Origin: Cystobasidiomycetes sp. EMM_F5
Taxonomy: Eukaryota
Assembly (NCBI GenBank): GCA_051047955.1
Contig: JBPGPT010000015.1
Span: forward strand, 62,001 to 126,000
Length of the DNA: 64,000 nucleotides
Direction: 5' to 3'
In this document: positions 56,469-64,000 of the stretch, piece after piece
How the letters are laid out: each line of letters opens with the position of its first letter
How positions within the stretch are numbered: the stretch's first letter is position 1
Notes under the pieces: generated by a model
What the model was told of the DNA's origin: nothing
Databases searched by the model: none
Seen by the model: only the letters and a program-made list of their open reading frames with translations
Translations under genes and position numbers: made by a program

Positions 56469-59282
56469 ATGCCCAGAGCTGGTTCTGAACGGAGGAAGCG
56501 CATACGCGCAGCAAGAGTGGATGCAGATCCGTTCACGAGACCGGAGAATGAGACGTCAAATCCCAAGAAGCAGAAAAGTGGGAAACAGGGGTACGCTCGC
56601 GACAAGGAAATTCTTGCATTACTCGACAAGGTCAGTTGCGAGCCTAGCCGTGTGCGGCTTCGCTAATAATATATGCATAGCTACAAGCCTCTTCTGCTGA
56701 AGATCGCATCGACGCCCTTTCCGTCATCAACAATGTCGTCAACAGCTCCGATGTTGCAATGCGACGCGCTTTGCAATCCAAAAACATAGTTGGCCTACTC
56801 ATACAAAAGCTTACGGATGACAATGTTCAAGTCCAAGTCGATGTCTGCGGGGCTCTGAGAAATTTGGCAATAGAAGGCGGATTCGAAATTTGTGCGGAGG
56901 TGGGAAGCGGCTATTTCGAACGAAATCTGCATTAGCTTACATACTGCCTGAATTGCAGATGTTTAACAAGAACATCATTCGGGCGCTTTCAGCGCATTTG
57001 GAGCCTTTGAATTCAGCACTCACACCAATCCTGCAACATTCTATGTCTGGGAAGGTCAAGGCGGATGAATATACCGAATTAGTCTGGACCTGGACTGAGA
57101 ATCTCACTACACTCTTCTGCTGCATAGCGTGAGCTTATATTTTGACCACCCTTAGTCGCGGTCGACGCTGACATTGACTATCTTACAGGGAATCTTCAGA
57201 TAAAGCCTTTCGTGCTATTGCCACGCTTGACAATCTATCTACGTTACTGTACACTATTATTCTTACGCCCTCCAACGCCAAAAGTTGGCCTTATCTACCA
57301 TCTGCCGTGGCCGCCGCTGCTGCACAAACGCTTTATGTTATGACGGATGCGTCCGCATCTTCAGCACCACGGTTCCCACTTCCTCGAGATGTGTCTCGTG
57401 CAGCTGCGTATCGCCAAATACGATCTCAATTGCTGTCCGTACTGGAGCAAGCGAGTTCTATACAGCAAAGCGCAAGCAGTGCAGACGATCGGGAAGACTG
57501 GACCATGTTTACCGTGTTGATCATTGGTATTCTTCAAAATCTTGCTCGCCAGCAACCTTCGTCGTCGTCCAAGCATTCTTCCATCGATTCTGATGCTGAA
57601 CAATCGGTCCAGACATCACTGCAAGTCTTACTAAACGGACTTGCCAACGTTGATTTAGTAGCAGAAGCGAACGCTGTTCGGATCTTGGTTGAACAACCGC
57701 CATCGAGCTCATTGCTCCAAGCCAAAGAGACGAGCAGTGTCGCAGGAGAAGTATCTTCCGGCAGGAGAGTGGCAGCTTTGGTCGAGAAGCGGTGGACCCG
57801 GATACGCCTCAACCTGGAGATTCTTGCGGAGTTGGGGGCCGAGCTTGATGGAATCCTTGACGTTGAACAGGCGCAGCAAGAAGCGTACGAAGAGTGGCAC
57901 GGTATTACAAACGGAAACGGCGACAACGTTGAAATGGATAATGACGAAGTTTATACGTCTGAGTCTCTGCCAGTACCTCAGCAACGACCGACATCGCTGT
58001 CTGCAATGGCTTTTGAACATTTCTCCGGCTTACCATCTATGCTCATGCAACTCGCCCGCCCAACCAGCCTGTCGTATGCAAAGCCCGCTGTGGCCATTGC
58101 TAACACTGATGGACTCCTCGACACCCAACCAAACAGCGATCTCGCGCAATCTGCCGCCACCTATTTGCCGAACTTGACTGAACAAGTCGGTCTCATACAC
58201 GCTCGTGCTCTGGAAGCCCTCAATAATCTTCTCATCACCATCGCTCGATCTGGAGAGGCCGTGGACAGGCAAGAAGGCCCGAATGTGTCATTAGCAGAGG
58301 CAGCCGAGATCGAAGACCACGCTTTAGCTCTCGAAGATGATGGCAACGACATGGACTCCGACCTGCCGGAAGCGCGAGACGCTGGTGACAAGGCCACCGA
58401 CGGCTTATCCAAGTATATCGACGCCAACCTGCAGACTTTCCAGGGCTTGTGGGAGCAATTGTTCCAGTCGCTTCTTACACAGGCCCAGCGAGCGTGGCCT
58501 GGAGTGACGAATAATGCTACGATGCCTGTACAAGATGCCAGGACGTCTGCACTATCCGAACAGGATTTTGGCATTTCAGTTATCTTGGGCTCCATATGGA
58601 CACTAGCGAGGATGCTTTCTGGTAATTTAGTAAGTCAATTCGGTGGCTATTCAACAAGCTGTAATCTTATCGACCCTCAATCAGATCATTGGACGAGATG
58701 AGAGCAAGCTGCTTCTTCGGTTACTGCCAGCGACGGTGTCGCAGCCCAAGGCTGTAGAGTCTGCCACGAGATGCATTGGCGCTCTAGGTCAGCTTGCTAG
58801 CAGAGCCGATGTCACAATCGAGGAGAACATGGTGAGAAAGTTCGTCAGAAGCTAACGGGACGCAAGCGTAACGTCATTGCTATACTTGCTCCAAAGATTG
58901 TTGGAAATGCCATCCTTGCCCAGGCGGTCGAGCAAACAGAAGCCAACGCGAAGGAACCACACCTGGCCGCGGAGTTGACTGCGCAGGCTCTCGATTCCGT
59001 GTTCGACATTTACGGCGACGAGACAAGAGCGTATGACGAAGCTGTATTCGAAGGGGAGCTATTTCTGCAGAAATTAACAGCAATACTGCCCGCTTACCGC
59101 AAACTGGTAAGTCACACCAACTTGATCGACAAGCCAATTCAGCTCATTGGAACTCTGTACGGCAGGTGAAATCTGTGGATCGGAGAAAGCATGCTGGATC
59201 ACGGATGGCAGCTGAAGCATCCTTGGCGAATTTGCTAGAATTCATCAAGTACCGTAAGAATCTTAAGAAGGGGATTTGCTGA
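56469..59282 (+). CDS. SYO1: ARM/HEAT protein, symportin Syo1/HEATR3-like
   Basis: Basic N-terminus; LQSKNIVGLLIQKLTD...CGALRNLAIEGGFEICAEMFNKNI; ALDSVFDIYGDE; C-terminal NLLEFIKYRK. Confidence 0.78.
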
Positions 59283-59396
59283 TGAAAAGTCTGGCTGTAG
59301 ATCATACCGTCAGAATTAGGCTATCGGAAGCAAGGCAAGGTCAGAGGAATGACAGACACAACAGGCGGAATGCGGACTAAACCGTATCCTGACCGT

Positions 59397-59743
59397 TAGC
59401 ATTTTACACTAGCCCGTATCCTGACCGTGAGACGAATGAGGAATGGGAGGATTCAATGTCATCCCATTGATACTTGCAATCCATATTCTATATTTGCGAA
59501 TTCCCAAAAGTGGCCCAAAAAAGCGGGAAATCTGGTTCGACGGGCAAATGTACGGTGAGATAGCCCAAGCTGCCTATACCGATGCGTATATACCTGCAGA
59601 ACACGTAAGTGGTATCGTAGCGGGCGGTCTTGCCTTCAAGACCGGAATTCGTTTACCAAATATCGTTTACTCTGAAAGCCATACGATCATCCGCGTTATT
59701 GCGGTAAACGAGAGCTACAGATCCGCACAGCAGGTGTTTCCCG
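59397..59743 (-). repeat. Inverted repeat, right copy, ending in a truncated and mutated tRNA-Glu 5' exon plus intron start
   Basis: Minus strand reads TCCTCATTCGTCTCACGGTCAGGATACGG-GCTAGTGTAAAATGCTA, then breaks off; no 3' tRNA half follows. Confidence 0.9.
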
Positions 59744-59764
59744 CATTAGCAGTAGATGCGGAAA

Positions 59765-61774
59765 TTACTCATCCTCCTCCTCCTCCTCCACATAAGTCTG
59801 TACTGCGCTTCTGTTGTCGTAGTAATCGTCGTCATCGTCATATCCAGGCAGCGTATTGGTGTAGTTATCTGGCGGTCGCAGCGGCATAGGCGCATCTTGT
59901 TGCGGCCCCGCCTCTTCATCATCATCATCTTCATCGTAGCCAGGCAGAGTGTTTGCAAAGGATTGGCTTGGCCTGCTTGGCCCCACAACGTCCGTCGCGC
60001 CTTCGTACGGCATCATTCCTGCATAATCATCGTCTTCGGCTTCATCGAAGCCTGGCAGCGTGTTGCTGTAAGCCGTACCTGGGGAAAGCGGGCCCACACT
60101 AGCCTCGTCGTCGTCCTTGCCATTCACTACTCCATGATGCAGGCTGATTGTCGGTGCATAAGCTTCTTGCGCATTATCTATAGCTCTGCTTTCAACCGCA
60201 GCCGATTGAGCATTGCTGAAGCCAGGCGGCATGCGCATATCTCGAGCGGCGACGAGCATATTCGGCAACAAACCGGTGGAGGACTGATCCTGAACAAGTT
60301 TCTTGCTCGGAGCAGGTGCTGAAGGCGTGGGCGCCGCCCTCTTTCGCTTCAGTGCTTGAGGCACGAAAGCGGTTGCTTCTTTCTTCAAATCTCGGACCTG
60401 AGGCGCTGCAGATATGACAGCGGCAGCTCTTGCCTGCGCTAACTGCTCGGCCGAGAGTGGCTCAGCTGCCACCTTACTTGCGGCGGAAGCTGGTGAAGCA
60501 GGCGATGCGACTAGGACTGGGGCTGCTGAAAGGACCGCATTGGCAGCACCCGGTCTAGATGGCAACGCGTGCACTTGTCGTGAAACAGGTCGTTGTGGCA
60601 AAGCGTGCGCTGTAGGCGGCAGAGGTAGAGCACCCTGACTATAAGTTACAGGAACGTGAGATGGCATGGAGGATGACAGCTGCACCTGAGGTGTCGGTGC
60701 GTTCGCAAGCCTAATCATAGACTCCGGAGGGAGTGAAGGAGGAAGAAGAGGTACTTTGTCTGCGCGATATAGGTAGAACATCCTTAGCACTCCCGCTGGC
60801 CATAGGCTGCCACCCGTCAACTTACTGCTACGTGGCTGAGGAGGAGGAGGTCCATCGGGCATTGGTATATCGTTATCGTCGTCGCTATCTGAGTCGCTTC
60901 CTTCGTCTGAGCTGTCTGCTCGTGCGTCCGGCTTCGGGTCCTCTGGCATGATTATATCGTCATCCTCCGACCTTTCGGCCACGGCTTGCATGGCTGCCAA
61001 CTCTTCTGGCGTGGGTGCTTCAAGTCGAACGTCAGAATGATGGACACGTAGCTTTCCAAGAATAATCCACATACGCTTTGCTTGGTACGGCATTCCTGGC
61101 GGGGGAACGCCGTATGGGTTGAAGACAGGATCAAAGTAGGCGGACTTCTCCCTGTCCACTGTTGTTAGGGAAGCTTTCCGCTACCAGATGGAAAAATGTG
61201 CCTACGGATTAAGCAGGCGACCCTTCTTGTCGAATCTCAAGCCTTGGGCTTTAGCAGCTCGCAGCTGAGGTTGGGGGATATGTATAGCCAGACCGCCTGC
61301 ATCTTTTCCGTCCGCTTCCTGCTCCGCTCTGCTGGCAGATTGCTTGTCCTGCCCAAAGACAGCGGCCTTGGAATCTGGATTCTTTGCGACATAGTCTTCT
61401 TTGGCTTTACGGATCCTTGCCAGGTCTGCACGCCCCTTCTCCAAGTCGGCCTTTTCAGCTGGGGTCAGTTTGCCAGCGCGTTCTGAGGGTGGTCAGAAGG
61501 CTTTTAAGTGCGATCCTTCTCTATCGTACGCAACAGCACGTTGTATGCACCTTGTTCGGACAAACGCCTGATGTCACGCTCCAGCCCTGATGGACATGCT
61601 CGTTGTCAGCAACTTGGGCTTGCACTATTTATCGTCAAATCTCAACTGACCTCCAGTACTCTGCTTGACATCCCTCAGCTCATTGGCCTGTTTGCGATCC
61701 TCCTTGTTGCGCTTCTTCTCCTTTGCCTTCTGTGCTTTGCGATGAGCATCTGCAGCATTGTGGCCTTTTGCCAT
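59765..61774 (-). CDS. WBP11: WW-domain binding protein 11 (Wbp11/Saf1)-like splicing factor
   Basis: MAKGHNAADAHRKAQKAKEKKRNK; SAYFDPVFNPYGVPPPGMPY; ISAAPQVRDLKKEATAFVP. Confidence 0.85.
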
Positions 61775-62034
61775 TGTGCATAATACAGCTCTGCACTGTT
61801 ACGGCAAAGTACTCTCAGCTGGTGTCATAAAGGCATGCTGTTGGAAGTGCGCAAAGTGACGACAGCAATCAGCTGAGACGCGCAGACCGAGCGAGCAATT
61901 GAACCATTGATTGATCTTTAAACTACAGAGCTACTGGCAACAACATGCGGCATATCTTATTGCTTTTCACTTAAGCGGGCCAAGGCATGAACGAGCGAGG
62001 ACATCGAAACCAAAAATGCTGAAAGATGCCAAAT

Positions 62035-62691
62035 CTATGGCACGGCAGGTGATTGAGGTGAGGCTGACGTCGTCACTCCATGTGATGCTGCTTCCTTCTC
62101 AGCCCCTGCCAGTGTGACCACCTCTTCTGTCGCCGGCACACCTTTGCGGATTCCGCCTACAACTTGCGCTGTCCGCATGATTTCCATTAGTTTGGTTCGC
62201 TTTGCAGCTGACACAGGCTGTGGGATAGATGACAGTGTTGAGTGATATGGAAGGAGCGGGAGTGTGTCGGTCGGGTGCAAGTAACGGGGGATATGTATGG
62301 CGTCAATGCAGAAATTGAGCTGTTGTTATGCGAGTAGGATGAGGTGCAGACCCAACATACCGGGCACGACTGGATTCTTACGGTGTCACCGACATTTGCC
62401 TGGTTCTTCGGGTCATGAGTCAACATCTGGACATGGGATTCAGTTTTTGTCGACAGAGTACCTACATGCACTAGTCTTACCCGCTTTCTCCGCCTGATCA
62501 TCTGTTGTGCATGTGTATCATAGAGCAAGGTAGGAGCCGTCAGCCTACAAGTCTTCGCAGCGTTCTTTCGTATCACATCGCACCTTGCCGACCACAGGAT
62601 GCATGTACTCTCGAGCGACAGTCACAGTGATAGTCTTTGGCATTCTTTTGGCTGCAGTCACAAGGCCGATGAACTGCTGTGGGCCAGACAT
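62035..62691 (-). CDS. Mitochondrial ribosomal protein uS17m
   Basis: FIGLVTAAKRMPKTITVTV...HPVVGK...IRRRK...LTHDPKNQANVGDTVRIQSC...PVSAAKR. Confidence 0.85.
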
Positions 62692-62805
62692 GATGGACAA
62701 GGCAGTAGAGAGAAAGGTCAAATAACGGCCAGCTGGATTTCCGCCTGTCGAGCTACTGATCGCAAATGAGTCTCTGCTTCCGACGACGTTCGCAGGCTCT
62801 GTACG

Positions 62806-64000
62806 ATGAGGCGTTCGGCACTATGCAGATCTATGTGTCTCTGCACGCTGGCATTGCTTGTCTCAGCGCTCTCGCGCGCAGCTGTTATAATGCATGATTC
62901 AGTCGACCGTCGCCAACAACCGACAAAGAATGCCAGCACTTCAGTGGTCATCTGGCATGGTTTTGGTGACCGCTACGATAATCCAGCCTTCACTACAATG
63001 ATACAGGACATCCGAGACGAGCTGGGCAACGATACCTTTGTACACGTGATTAGGCTGAGTGAAGACGGGGCTGCCGACTCCAAGGCGACAGTCTTTGGGC
63101 ACATGGCTAGCCAGGTGGAACAAGTCGCAAATCAGCTCAAAGATCTGCCACAACTTGCCGATGCGCACTTTGATGCAATTGGTTTCAGTCAGGGTGGCGT
63201 ATTCTTCAGAGGATATGTCGAGCTGTTCGGCCAAAACCCTCTGTATGAATATATGATGTTTAGGCTCCTGAGATTATTACGAGCTGATGTTTCGGTTTGA
63301 CCTCACAGTTATCCAAAAGTCCGTAATCTGATAACGCTTGGGTCTCCGTAAGCTCGCATCAGCGTTTAATCGTGATGTAAGTATTCTTACTCCAGGCTAC
63401 AGTCACATGGGTATTGCTGCTGCACCATTGTGCCAGCCTACGGATTACTTGTGCAAAACTGCGGCTTGGGCACTAAAGACGGGTGCATGGACGTCTTATG
63501 CTCAAAACAATAGTCCGTTTCCTCCTTCCCAAATGCCGCTGTGCAGATGCTGACTTGTAACATCAAGTCATCCCTGCTCAGTATTTCAGAAGTCAAGCTA
63601 GAATCAATCAATATCTCGCTCACTTTAACTTCTTGAAAGAGATCAACAACGAGCGCTTAAACGACCTTCAGCCAGCCTTGAGTCATCGCCTCGATCTACT
63701 AGATGAGAGCGATGACCCGCCTCGAAATAAGTCATACTACAAGTCTGTCACGGCCCTGAACAATTTTGTCCTATTCAACTTTGAGTAAGCCAGGCGTCCG
63801 CCAATTTCTACAATGGATCGGGTAGGAATAGCAACGCTGAGAAAAAATAATATATGCGCAGCTTGGAAGCCAATGTTATACCAACGACATCACCGTGGTT
63901 TACACTTCCTGCTGGCGAAGATGATCCGGACAATCCATTGCCGTGGTTGGATCTACCATTGTATCGAGAGGACTATATTGGACTAAGACAGCTGGACGAG
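62806..64000 (+). CDS. PPT1: Palmitoyl-protein thioesterase 1 (runs off the window end)
   Basis: Signal peptide; VVIWHGFGD; AIGFSQGG nucleophile elbow; VRNLITLGSP; LPLYREDYIGLRQLDE. Confidence 0.92.

Overview
Compact, intron-rich fungal nuclear DNA. The short GT-AG introns with CTRAY branch sites and the gene content suggest a basidiomycete; this is an inference. About 20 mostly housekeeping genes are present: QCR6, importin-13-like, two tandem HNH-domain orphans, DNA polymerase kappa, two tandem delta-12-type desaturases, MPP alpha, a PX-like AGC kinase, Atg14/UVRAG-like, bL9m, enolase, a myosin-like-domain chitin synthase, a DHA2 MFS transporter, SPB4, NAF1, a TBC Rab-GAP, SYO1/HEATR3-like, WBP11-like, uS17m and PPT1. 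The most striking feature is a tRNA-Glu(CTC) gene at 55468-55598. Its anticodon stem is interrupted by a 59-nt insert with all the hallmarks of a spliceosomal (mRNA-type) intron: GTTAGT...CTAAC...CAG. Precise removal gives a fully paired 72-nt cloverleaf. The tRNA 5' half and about 300 bp of upstream sequence are duplicated in inverted orientation about 4 kb away. All exon boundaries were read by eye and are approximate.
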